Shown piece after piece: positions 34,903 to 43,400 of a stretch of 64,000 bases of DNA. Positions within the stretch are counted from its first letter, which is position 1, and each line of letters begins with the position of its first letter. The notes under the pieces were generated by a model, which did no database searches, was not told where the DNA came from, and saw only the letters and a program-made list of their open reading frames with translations. Source of the stretch: Candidatus Omnitrophota bacterium (lineage in GTDB: Bacteria > Omnitrophota > Gorgyraeia > 2-01-FULL-45-10); assembly GCA_023818895.1 (NCBI GenBank), contig JAMWCX010000003.1, positions 219,823-283,822 of the forward strand. Direction: 5' to 3'. The translations under genes were made by a program, and so were the position numbers.

Positions 34903-35564
34903 TCAAGCCCGCTTCCGTTAAAAAAAGGAAACCGGCGATTATCATAACCGCCGGCCCGACCCGCGAGAAGATAGATCCCGTAAGATTCATATCAAACTAT
35001 TCGACAGGATTTTTCGGTTATGAAATAGCAAAACAGGCTTTTGCGAGAGGGTTCCGCACCACCCTCATAAGCGGGCCGACACACCTTAAGCCACCATCAG
35101 GCGTTAAGTTCATTGCGGTGGAAAGCGCTCTCGATATGCGGCGCGCCGTTTTGAATGAGTTGAGAAGAACCGACTATCTAATAATGGCGGCGGCTGTCTC
35201 TGACTGGCGGCCGGCAGCCTTTGCTAAGAACAAAATAAAAAAGAATGGGCCGGTCTTTACGCTAAAGTTGAGAACGAACCCAGACATCGTTGCTGAGGCG
35301 GTGAAGATAAAAAAGCCAGCCATGGTTGTGGGATTTTCTCTGGAAACGGAGAGCCTTGCGCATAACGCGTCAGAAAAGCTAAAAGAAAAAGGCCTTGACA
35401 TTATAGTGGCAAACAGGATCTTGCCGGCCGCATCTCCTTTTGGAGATAATATTAATGATATAATGATAATAGACAGGTTTGGCAACAAGCATCTTTACCA
35501 CCGGAAATCCAAGCAGACCATGGCCAAGATTATCCTTGACAAGGTGTTGAGATTTAATATATAG
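34899..35564 (+). CDS. coaB: phosphopantothenate--cysteine ligase (CoaB half of Dfp)
   Basis: 221 aa, IITAGPTRE…D.VRFI.N.S.G motif of CoaB; GTG start overlapping the coaC stop by 4 nt (GTGA). Confidence 0.75.
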   Translation: MIKPASVKKRKPAIIITAGPTREKIDPVRFISNYSTGFFGYEIAKQAFARGFRTTLISGPTHLKPPSGVKFIAVESALDMRRAVLNELRRTDYLIMAAAVSDWRPAAFAKNKIKKNGPVFTLKLRTNPDIVAEAVKIKKPAMVVGFSLETESLAHNASEKLKEKGLDIIVANRILPAASPFGDNINDIMIIDRFGNKHLYHRKSKQTMAKIILDKVLRFNI

Positions 35565-35599
35565 TTAAAAATTTAAGAAGAGCTAGAGGTGAAGATAGA

Positions 35600-36043
35600 G
35601 TGTTTTCGATCTGCGAGAATAGGAAAGGCTTTACGATAGCGGAACTACTCATAGTGACGGGCATGTTCCTTCTTATATTCTCCCTTCTGGCGCCCTTTGT
35701 AAACATGGCAAAGGGGCGTTCACGCAGGTTAGGGTGCGCAAATAACCTTAGGGAGATAAGCCTGGGCCTGCACAAATACGCCGCGGATCATAACGACCTG
35801 TTCCCGCCAAAGCTTGGCGACCTTTACCCCCGTTATGTTTCTCATGAGAAAGTATTTGATTGCCCGGCGATAAAAAATGTTGGGACCAAGGAAGCGCCGG
35901 ATTACGAATATACTGTGGGATTGTCAGAGATATCGTCGCCCAGAGAGATAATAGTAAGAGACAAAGACGGTAACCATAAAAAGTCTGGGATGAATATAGT
36001 CAGGGTCGATGGGACGATTGAGTGGGTATGTTTTAGACATTGA
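35600..36043 (+). CDS. prepilin-type N-terminal cleavage/methylation-domain protein with C-terminal H-X9-DG-like motif (DUF1559-type, PVC-superphylum pilin-like)
   Basis: 147 aa; KGFTIAELLIV class III signal peptide (FT/E+5), hydrophobic helix, and C-terminal HKKSGMNIVRVDG; ends 1 nt before tRNA-Cys. Confidence 0.6.
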   Translation: MFSICENRKGFTIAELLIVTGMFLLIFSLLAPFVNMAKGRSRRLGCANNLREISLGLHKYAADHNDLFPPKLGDLYPRYVSHEKVFDCPAIKNVGTKEAPDYEYTVGLSEISSPREIIVRDKDGNHKKSGMNIVRVDGTIEWVCFRH

Positions 36044-36044
36044 T

Positions 36045-36119
36045 GGCGCGGTAGCCAAGCGGTAAGGCAGGAGTCTGCAAAACTCTTATACAGCGGTTCG
36101 ATTCCGCTCCGCGCCTCCA
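36045..36119 (+). tRNA. tRNA-Cys (anticodon GCA)
   Basis: GGCGCGGTAGCCAAGCGGTAAGGCAGGAGTCTGCAAAACTCTTATACAGCGGTTCGATTCCGCTCCGCGCCTCCA; anticodon loop CUGCAAA, discriminator U, encoded CCA. Confidence 0.85.
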
Positions 36120-36261
36120 TCTTACTTCGCCCCTAGAAGATGTTCAGGGCTAAATACAATAGGTCTTGCTGGGCAGATCCGATTTGGGAAGGTAGAAATA
36201 TAGACTTTGGAAGGATTTTCCCTACGAAGTAACGCGTTGTTTGATAATGGAATGCGTAGCG

Positions 36262-36338
36262 GGGCAGTTAGCGCAGTTGGTTAGCGCACCACGTTGACAT
36301 CGTGGGGGTCAGAGGTTCGAGTCCTCTACTGCCCACCA
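36262..36338 (+). tRNA. tRNA-Val (anticodon GAC)
   Basis: GGGCAGTTAGCGCAGTTGGTTAGCGCACCACGTTGACATCGTGGGGGTCAGAGGTTCGAGTCCTCTACTGCCCACCA; anticodon loop UUGACAU. Confidence 0.85.
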
Positions 36339-36477
36339 TATTGCTCATTGTCTGACTGAAATTTATAAGGTTGGTTGAGTGGGACTCGAAGCCAATTTAC
36401 GCTGACGAACAGGAAGAAAAGTTCTCTGGACGTAAGCAAATAGGCCGGTCTGAAGCGAGCTATGCGAGCGAAAGACA

Positions 36478-36497
36478 GAGTCCTATACTGCCCATCA
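36478..36497 (+). repeat. 18/20-nt direct repeat of the tRNA-Val 3' end (GAGTCCTaTACTGCCCAtCA vs 36319-36338)
   Basis: Direct sequence comparison; the copy lacks the T-arm and 5' half, so it is a 3'-terminal fragment, not a tRNA. Confidence 0.5.
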
Positions 36498-36623
36498 TCC
36501 TTCGCCTCGATCGGTTGGGTTATTTAATGAATGCGGGTTTTGGATGGCAGGCCGGTTTGAATACGCTCCTGAGGGTTGAATGACCGAGCCCTCTATTGTC
36601 TTGAGAAAAGTATTAGTGCGGGT

Positions 36624-36711
36624 GCCGGGATGGCGGAACTGGCAGACGCAAGGGACTTAAAATCCCTCGGCCCCAAAGGCCATGTGGGTTCGACCCCCGC
36701 TCCCGGCACCA
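36624..36711 (+). tRNA. tRNA-Leu (anticodon UAA)
   Basis: GCCGGGATGGCGGAACTGGCAGACGCAAGGGACTTAAAATCCCTCGGCCCCAAAGGCCATGTGGGTTCGACCCCCGCTCCCGGCACCA; long variable arm, anticodon loop CUUAAAA. Confidence 0.85.
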
Positions 36712-36822
36712 TCCTGCTTCGCTTGTATGAGCAGGCTCGAGGAGATTTTTAAGATAAATCCAGCTTCGCTTTATATGAACTGACGGAAGCGGGCTACGAA
36801 AAACGACTTTAAAAGGAAAACG

Positions 36823-38538
36823 ATGGATCTATCGGCATTACGACATAGCGCATCCCATGTTATGGCTCAGGCGGTAAAGATGCTCTGGCCGGAAGTCAAG
36901 CTTGGCATCGGCCCGGCAATAGAGGACGGCTTCTATTACGATTTCGACAAGCCAGATCCCTTTGAGCCGGAAGACCTCGACCGCATAGAAGACAAGATGC
37001 GCGACATCATCAGGGCTAATTATAAATTCGAGCGGCAGGAGATCTCCAAGGAAGAGGCGATTAAGATATTCAAGAAAAGAGGCGAAAAATACAAGCTGGA
37101 ACTTATACAGGAGATCGCCGATGACAAAGTAAGCATATATAAAGACGGTGACTTCATAGATCTTTGTCGTGGCCCTCATGTCGAATCGACCGGTAAGATA
37201 CGGGCCTTCAAACTGCTTTCCATAGCGGGCGCCTACTGGCACGGGCTGGAGACCAATCCTATGCTGCAGAGGATATACGGCACAGCCTTTGAGACGGAAG
37301 AAGAGCTTAACGACTATCTTGTTTTGGTCGAAGAGGCGAAAAAGCGCGACCATAGATTGGTTGGCAAACAGCTCGGATATTTCAGCTTAAACGAAGAAGT
37401 TGGGCCAGGCCTTGTCTTATATCATCCGAAAGGCGCCATGCTGAGATTCCTCATAGAAGACTATATCCGTCGGGAACATCTCAGGCGCGGCTACCAGCTT
37501 GTTCTGGGCCCGCATATTATGAAAAGCGATATATGGATACAATCAGGCCATTTTGAGTATTACAAGGAGAATATGTATATCTTCAAAATAGAAGGGCAGG
37601 AATACGCGATAAAGCCTATGAATTGTCCTGGCCATATACTCGTTTACAAGTCGAAGACGCGAAGCTATCGGGATCTGCCTATAAGATATTTTGAGCTCGG
37701 TACCGTATATCGCAATGAGAAATCCGGCGTCCTTCACGGCCTTTTGCGTGTTAGAGGGTTTACGCAGGATGACGCTCACATATTCTGTCTCCATCAACAA
37801 GTCGAGGAAGAGATCATCAAGGTTATAGATTTTGTCATCGACACACTGAACGTTTTTGGCTTTGAGGACTTTGCGGTGGAGATATCAACGAGGCCGGCTA
37901 AATCTATCGGTAAAGATGAGGATTGGGATGCGGCTCATCACGCTCTTTCCAACGCTCTAAAGCGTAAATATATACGTTACAGCGTAAACGAGGGGGAAGG
38001 TGCTTTCTACGGCCCGAAGATCGATATAAAGCTTAAGGATGCCCTCAAGCGGGAGTGGCAGTGCGCTACCATACAATGCGATTTCGCGCTTCCGGAAAGG
38101 TTCGATCTGACCTATATAGGCGAGGATGGAAAGGAACATAGGCCTATAATGCTTCACCGCGTCATTCTCGGCTCTGTGGAACGCTTCACCGGAGCGCTTC
38201 TTGAGCACTTCGGTGGGGCGCTGCCGCTATGGCTTTCGCCTTGCCAGGTGATGATAATTCCCATATCTGAAAAAGTGATGAGCTATGCGAAACGGGTTGA
38301 GAAGCTTCTCATCGAAAACGGAATTAGGGCCGAACTCGATTATCGCAACGAAAGGCTCCAGAAGAAGATAAGGGACGCCGAGCTGGAGAAGGTCCCGTAC
38401 ATGGTGATAATTGGCGAGAAAGAGGCCGCGGAGAATTCGCTTTCCATACGCTCTAAGGCACAAGGTGAGATGGGCCGCCTGATGATAGAAGAGTTTATGC
38501 AGATGCTTCAAAAGGAAATAAAAGAGAAGGTGAGGTGA
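36823..38538 (+). CDS. thrS: threonine--tRNA ligase (short form lacking the N-terminal TGS domain)
   Basis: 571 aa; second-additional-domain start HSASHVMAQA, class II core motifs, C-terminal anticodon-binding domain. Confidence 0.9.
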   Translation: MDLSALRHSASHVMAQAVKMLWPEVKLGIGPAIEDGFYYDFDKPDPFEPEDLDRIEDKMRDIIRANYKFERQEISKEEAIKIFKKRGEKYKLELIQEIADDKVSIYKDGDFIDLCRGPHVESTGKIRAFKLLSIAGAYWHGLETNPMLQRIYGTAFETEEELNDYLVLVEEAKKRDHRLVGKQLGYFSLNEEVGPGLVLYHPKGAMLRFLIEDYIRREHLRRGYQLVLGPHIMKSDIWIQSGHFEYYKENMYIFKIEGQEYAIKPMNCPGHILVYKSKTRSYRDLPIRYFELGTVYRNEKSGVLHGLLRVRGFTQDDAHIFCLHQQVEEEIIKVIDFVIDTLNVFGFEDFAVEISTRPAKSIGKDEDWDAAHHALSNALKRKYIRYSVNEGEGAFYGPKIDIKLKDALKREWQCATIQCDFALPERFDLTYIGEDGKEHRPIMLHRVILGSVERFTGALLEHFGGALPLWLSPCQVMIIPISEKVMSYAKRVEKLLIENGIRAELDYRNERLQKKIRDAELEKVPYMVIIGEKEAAENSLSIRSKAQGEMGRLMIEEFMQMLQKEIKEKVR

Positions 38539-38544
38539 GATAAT

Positions 38545-39054
38545 ATCGCAAGGCAGGAACTAAGGGTAAATAACAGGATAAGGGTAAGAGAAGTAAGGGT
38601 TATAGGCGAAAACGGCGAGCAATTGGGCGTCATGCAGACGCAAGAAGCCTTAAGGCGCGCTGAAGAAGCAGGGCTCGATCTTGTTGAGGTTGCGCCAACA
38701 GCCACACCTCCAGTCTGCAGGATTATAGACTACTCCAAGTTCAAATACGAACAGGAAAAGAGGGAGAGGGAGGCGCGCAAGAAACAGAAGATAATTCATA
38801 TCAAAGAGATCAGGATGGGGCCTAAGATCGGCGAGCATGACTATCAGTTCAAGATCAGATACCTGGAGGATTTTCTGAAGAGGGGCGACAAGGTTAAGAT
38901 CACGATGATGTTTAAAGGTCGCGAGATGGCGCATATCGACCTCGGCAGGAAGATTCTCGACAGACTCGCAAGCGACATATCAACAATAGGCGAGATAGAG
39001 GAAGCGCCTAAACTCGAAGGCCGCTTTATCACGATGGTGATAAGGGCAAAGTAA
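38545..39054 (+). CDS. infC: translation initiation factor IF-3 (probable non-AUG AUC/AUU-class start at ~38545; the ORF-track Met at 38623 is internal)
   Basis: The frame is open from the thrS stop; the region upstream of the ORF-track Met reads …IARQELRVNNRIRVREVRVIGENGEQLGV, the conserved IF3 N-domain. IF3 genes classically use AUU-type starts for autoregulation. Confidence 0.75.
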   Translation: MARQELRVNNRIRVREVRVIGENGEQLGVMQTQEALRRAEEAGLDLVEVAPTATPPVCRIIDYSKFKYEQEKREREARKKQKIIHIKEIRMGPKIGEHDYQFKIRYLEDFLKRGDKVKITMMFKGREMAHIDLGRKILDRLASDISTIGEIEEAPKLEGRFITMVIRAK

Positions 39055-39162
39055 TTTTAGCCGGTACCAGCTAATTCATAGACCACGCCAAATAGCCTAT
39101 TCGTGGCAGGGTTGGGATTATTCTGGGCGGTTTATCGATATATTTTTTAAGAGGAGAATAAA

Positions 39163-39363
39163 ATGCCCAAACTCAAGACGTTGAAGAGCGCCAAAAAGCG
39201 CATAAGGATCACAAAAAAAGGAAAGGCAAAACATTTCAAGGCCTCTAGGAGCCATCTCCTTACTTCGAAAAGATCAAAAAGGAAAAGGCTTCTGGGGCGT
39301 CCCGGCTACATTTTCGAAGGCGAACTAAAGAGCATATACAAGATGTTGCCTTATGGAGCATAA
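39163..39363 (+). CDS. rpmI: 50S ribosomal protein L35
   Basis: 66 aa MPKLKTLKSAKKRIRITKKGK…, L35 signature. Confidence 0.85.
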   Translation: MPKLKTLKSAKKRIRITKKGKAKHFKASRSHLLTSKRSKRKRLLGRPGYIFEGELKSIYKMLPYGA

Positions 39364-39386
39364 TATAGCCAACGAGGAGAAGGACA

Positions 39387-39734
39387 ATGTCTAAGGTAAA
39401 ACACGCTGTTGCGACAAGAAAACGGAAGAAGAGAGTCTTAAGAGCCGCCGAGGGGCAATATGGCGGCAGATCACGCTTTTATAAGCGCGCGAAAGAATCT
39501 GTTGCGAAAGGGATGTATTACAGCTATAGGGATAGAAAAGCCAAAAAGAGGGATTTCAGAAAACTCTGGATAGCCAGGATAAACGCCGCCTGCAGAGAAC
39601 ACGGCCTTTCTTATTCACGATTCATCGCAGGTCTAAAGAAAGTTAAGATCACGCTTGACAGGAAGATTCTGGCGGACCTGGCGGTGACCGACAAAAATGC
39701 CTTCGCGAAGCTGGTCGAAGCCGCCAAGGCCTAA
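39387..39734 (+). CDS. rplT: 50S ribosomal protein L20
   Basis: 115 aa, …[12 protein letters not shown]… L20 signature. Confidence 0.9.
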   Translation: MSKVKHAVATRKRKKRVLRAAEGQYGGRSRFYKRAKESVAKGMYYSYRDRKAKKRDFRKLWIARINAACREHGLSYSRFIAGLKKVKITLDRKILADLAVTDKNAFAKLVEAAKA

Positions 39735-39859
39735 AGAAAACGATATTATTGTGTAATGGATGTGTAGTTCGGCCTGATGGCTTATTTTTTTGAGGCGCGC
39801 GGTTTTTCCCATTACACTATCTTTACGCATTATACCTTAAGCAATACAGAAGACGGCAA

Positions 39860-40891
39860 ATGAAAGAAGACATCCGTCGCATAAAAGACGCGGCTATCGC
39901 AGAGATAGACGCAGCACCAGGTCCTGACGCTCTCGAAAGTATTCGTATAAAATATCTCGGCCGCAAGGGCATAATAACGGAGCTCTTTAAGAAGATGAGC
40001 TCCGTTCCCGCCGAAGAGAGGCCTCATCTTGGAAGCCTCATAAACGAAGTAAAAGACGAAGTTACCTGTGCGCTCGCCTCGAAAACCAAAGCCGTTTCGG
40101 GCTACGAGGAAGAGCATGCCGAAAAGATCGACGTTACACTTCCTGGCGTGCCGGTACGCGCCGGTAAGATACACCCCCTGACAAAAACGATTGATGAAAT
40201 ATGCGGTCTTTTCATTTCTCTTGGTTTCAGGGTAGTGGAGGGGCCGGAGATAGAGACCGAACATTATAACTTTGAGACTCTAAATATACCATTGGAACAT
40301 CCATCCCGCGACGCTTTCGATACTTTCTACCTTTCCCGAGAAAAGAGGTATCTCTTGAGAAGCCATACCTCACCTGTGCAGACCCGTTTCATGGAAAAAA
40401 ACTCACCGCCTTTTTCCATTATAGTGCCGGGGAAAGTCTTCAGACCCGACGCAACCGATGCCTCACATTCTTTTATGTTTCACCAGGTCGAGGGGTTGGT
40501 GGTAGGAGAAAAGGTACGTTTTTCCGATCTGAAAGGCATTCTTGAGATATTCGCAAGGCAGATGTTCGGCCGGAATACGCGTATGCGTTTCAGGCCGAGC
40601 TTTTTTCCATTTACGGAACCAAGCGCGGAAGTGGACATATCATGTATCCTTTGCGGCGGAAGAGAATTTACTGCCAAAAGATGTTCCATGTGCGGCGGCA
40701 AAGGATGGCTAGAGATACTCGGAGCCGGTATGGTGAACCCAAAGGTTTTCGAGGCCGTCGGATACGATACCGAGAGAGTGACTGGATTTGCCTTTGGAAT
40801 GGGTGTCGAAAGGATCGCTATCCTTAAGTACGGTATTACGGATATCAGATTATTTTTTGAGAATGATATCAGATTTTTGAGACAATTCTAA
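39860..40891 (+). CDS. pheS: phenylalanine--tRNA ligase alpha subunit
   Basis: 343 aa, class II motifs 2/3 (…FRPSFFPFTEPS…GMGVERIAILKYGI…). Confidence 0.9.
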   Translation: MKEDIRRIKDAAIAEIDAAPGPDALESIRIKYLGRKGIITELFKKMSSVPAEERPHLGSLINEVKDEVTCALASKTKAVSGYEEEHAEKIDVTLPGVPVRAGKIHPLTKTIDEICGLFISLGFRVVEGPEIETEHYNFETLNIPLEHPSRDAFDTFYLSREKRYLLRSHTSPVQTRFMEKNSPPFSIIVPGKVFRPDATDASHSFMFHQVEGLVVGEKVRFSDLKGILEIFARQMFGRNTRMRFRPSFFPFTEPSAEVDISCILCGGREFTAKRCSMCGGKGWLEILGAGMVNPKVFEAVGYDTERVTGFAFGMGVERIAILKYGITDIRLFFENDIRFLRQF

Positions 40892-40893
40892 TC

Positions 40894-42942
40894 ATGAGAA
40901 TCTCATACGACTGGTTAAAGAAATACGTAGATGTTAAGCTATCGGCCGAGAAGCTCGCTGATCTTTTGACAATGGGAGGGTTAAGCGTTGAATCTATCGA
41001 AAAGTTCGGAAACGATTATATCCTTGAGATAGAGATAACCGCCAATAGGCCTGACTGGCTTTCAATAATAGGTGTTGCAAGGGAGGTTGCTGCCATGACT
41101 GGAGCCCGCCTTGAAATACCGGCTGTAACGCAGCAACACCGCAGCCCTTCGAATAAAAAAGCTAAAGCTGTTTTTATAAAAGTTGAGGATAAGAAGCTCT
41201 GCCCGAGGTATACCGCGCGGCTGATAACCGATATTAAGGTGGCTCCCTCTCCGGCTTGGCTTAAGGCTCGACTCGAAGCCGTAGGCCTGAGAAGCGTTAA
41301 CAATATAGTTGACATTATAAACTTCTGCCTATTTGAAACAGGCGAACCCATGCATGCCTTCGACTTCGACAAAATCGCTGGCGGCCAGATAATAGTACGT
41401 AAAGCCCGCTCCGGAGAAAAGATAACGGTAATTGAGGGTGCGGAAAAGACCCTTGATGAGTCGGTTCTTGTGATAGCAGATAGCGATAAACCTATCGCGA
41501 TAGCCGGTGTGATGGGCGGCCTTAATACTGAAGTAACAGAATCTACAAAGAACATTCTTTTAGAGGCAGCTTTTTTTGATCCGATATCAATCAGGAGGAC
41601 ATGCCGCAAGCTCGGCATATCAACTGAATCAAGCTATAGGTTCGAAAGAGGCGTTGACCCCGAAAATATCGTATGTGCCTCTTACAGAGCTCTCGGACTG
41701 ATCCTTGAGCTCGCTGGCGGCCAACCAGGTGAATTTACAGATATCAACTATTCGCAAACACAAAAACGCATCATAGATCTCAGGCCGGAGAAAGTGAACG
41801 CCGTTCTAGGTATCGATATACCGGTTGAACGGATGAAAAAGATATTGATATCTTTGGGGATAGGCATCCCTATGGAGTCAAAGAGTAGACTTTCTTTGCA
41901 AGTCCCTTCTTTCAGGAATGATTTAAGATATGAGATCGATATAGTAGAAGAGATCTCAAGGATATTCGGATATCAGAACATACCTTCCACTATACCTTCT
42001 ATAGTAGAACAGCCCGTCAGGATGGAGAAGGAACTTTTGCTACGAGGTTCGGTACGCTCGGCCATAGCCGGCGCTGGGTGTGATGAAATAATAACATATA
42101 GTCTTCTTAGTAGAAAGTCTGTCGCCTCAGCAGGATTGGCCCCACAAGCCCTTGTTGATATCGAGAACCCCCTGACGAGCGAACAGGAGGTGATGCGACC
42201 AAGCCTTATTCCCGGGATGCTCGGCGCGATGGCGCGCAATATGAACAGGAAATTGAAAGACCTGAAACTTTTTGAGATCGGCAACATCTATCTGAAGAAA
42301 CCCGGAGGTGAATATTCTGAAAAAAATCATCTCTGTGTCGGAATAGCAGGCACTTCTTTTGCGCATTGGGCATCATCATCCAGACAGGCCGATTTCTTCG
42401 AGCTGAAAGGAATATTGGAGCGCCTGTTTGCCTGGCTCGGAATACGTGAGGCCGCCTTCCAACAAACAAGACATGAAAGTTTCGCACTGGCCGAATGCGC
42501 AAGCATAGAAATAGGCGGAAGGCCCATAGGGGTGATGGGAAAACTCGCCACAAGGGTGCTGACCTCTTTCGATATTAAGGAAGCCGTTTATCTGGCCGAG
42601 ATGAATCTGGAGGAACTCTTCAAATATGTACCAGTCGAAAAAAGATTTGAGGAATTGCCGCGATATCCTTCTGTATGGCGGGATATCTCTATCATAGTCG
42701 CTAAGGAGACAGTCAATGCCGATATTCTGTCGATCATGAAAAAGACCGCGGGCGCGCTCCTTAAAGATGCTTATCTTATCGATAGATATTCCGGAAAACA
42801 AGTGCCAGAAGGCAAGGTGAGCCTTACCTACAGGCTGGAATATCAGGATCCGACAAGAACTCTCGAAGAAAAATACATCTCAGATATACATTCCAAAGTA
42901 CTGCATTCTCTCGAAGAGAGATTTGGTGCGAAGCTGCGATAA
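40894..42942 (+). CDS. pheT: phenylalanine--tRNA ligase beta subunit (short form, apparently lacking the N-terminal OB-fold tRNA-binding B2 domain)
   Basis: 682 aa; B1 start MRISYDWLKKYV runs directly into the ILEIEITANRPD B3/4 region; B5, catalytic-like and C-terminal FDX-ACB domains present. Confidence 0.9.
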   Translation: MRISYDWLKKYVDVKLSAEKLADLLTMGGLSVESIEKFGNDYILEIEITANRPDWLSIIGVAREVAAMTGARLEIPAVTQQHRSPSNKKAKAVFIKVEDKKLCPRYTARLITDIKVAPSPAWLKARLEAVGLRSVNNIVDIINFCLFETGEPMHAFDFDKIAGGQIIVRKARSGEKITVIEGAEKTLDESVLVIADSDKPIAIAGVMGGLNTEVTESTKNILLEAAFFDPISIRRTCRKLGISTESSYRFERGVDPENIVCASYRALGLILELAGGQPGEFTDINYSQTQKRIIDLRPEKVNAVLGIDIPVERMKKILISLGIGIPMESKSRLSLQVPSFRNDLRYEIDIVEEISRIFGYQNIPSTIPSIVEQPVRMEKELLLRGSVRSAIAGAGCDEIITYSLLSRKSVASAGLAPQALVDIENPLTSEQEVMRPSLIPGMLGAMARNMNRKLKDLKLFEIGNIYLKKPGGEYSEKNHLCVGIAGTSFAHWASSSRQADFFELKGILERLFAWLGIREAAFQQTRHESFALAECASIEIGGRPIGVMGKLATRVLTSFDIKEAVYLAEMNLEELFKYVPVEKRFEELPRYPSVWRDISIIVAKETVNADILSIMKKTAGALLKDAYLIDRYSGKQVPEGKVSLTYRLEYQDPTRTLEEKYISDIHSKVLHSLEERFGAKLR

Positions 42943-43086
42943 GAGACAACGCCGCGATAGGCCCGGCTTTTCTTTTTGCGGATTCCGTGGTATACTTTAG
43001 TCGAGAACGATATCCGCCCTAACCTTTTAACGATGAGCGATGGTAAGAATTTGGCGGATATCGTGCCGGTAGGGTGACAAGAACGA

Positions 43087-43252
43087 AAAATCCCTGCGGT
43101 GCGCGTGATCGGAATGAAGAATCTTGAGCCATTAGCACTAAACTAGGGAGCCTAACTGAGCATACGCCTTGGCGTATGACCGAGGGCACCCACCTGTTCA
43201 TAACAGGGTCAAGATAATTCATATCACAACGGCATTGCGGGGATTTTTTATG
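43087..43252 (+). ncRNA. candidate structured RNA of unknown class (strand uncertain), closed by a 12-bp long-range helix AAAAAUCCCUGC/GCGGGGAUUUUU and followed by a U-tract
   Basis: Seen in sequence: 43087-43098 pairs with 43238-43249. Inside are the hairpins CATACGCC-UUGG-GGCGUAUG (43161-43178) and CCUGUU-CAU-AACAGG. The whole lies in a 457-nt gap with no ORF other than a spurious 79-aa reverse ORF. Confidence 0.25.
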
Positions 43253-43400
43253 GCTCAACTTTTTGGCTTGCCGCCATTAAGATTTCGATAACTGGTCCTC
43301 GGTTGGTATGAGGTATCAAATTTTAAAGAATCGCTAAAGAAGACGCCTAAAAAGTTTTATTGAGCGTTGGTTTGATAAATATCAGGAATAGACAAATACA

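Noticed and set aside
36371-36583. 70-aa ORF between tRNA-Val and tRNA-Leu; also considered a tmRNA here
   Set aside because: The ORF has no RBS, covers the tRNA-Val 3' repeat and has an implausible composition. The region has no tRNA-like T-arm/acceptor pair nor an …ALAA-stop tag frame, so tmRNA is rejected.
36712-36822. ThrRS operator-like or T-box leader upstream of thrS
   Set aside because: Two short hairpins are present, but there is no T-box specifier/antiterminator consensus and no clear anticodon-mimic loops. This is too speculative to call.
39781-39876. Phe-rich leader peptide (pheM-like) upstream of pheS
   Set aside because: The only small ORF (MAYFFEARGFSHYTIFTHYT…) has 4 Phe in 31 codons, no tandem Phe run and no clear RBS. 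This is not convincing as an attenuation leader peptide.
43019-43258. 79-aa minus-strand ORF in the pheT-rarA spacer
   Set aside because: It coincides with the inverted-repeat-rich candidate RNA and is Cys/Arg/Ser-rich with no RBS. It is more likely non-coding.
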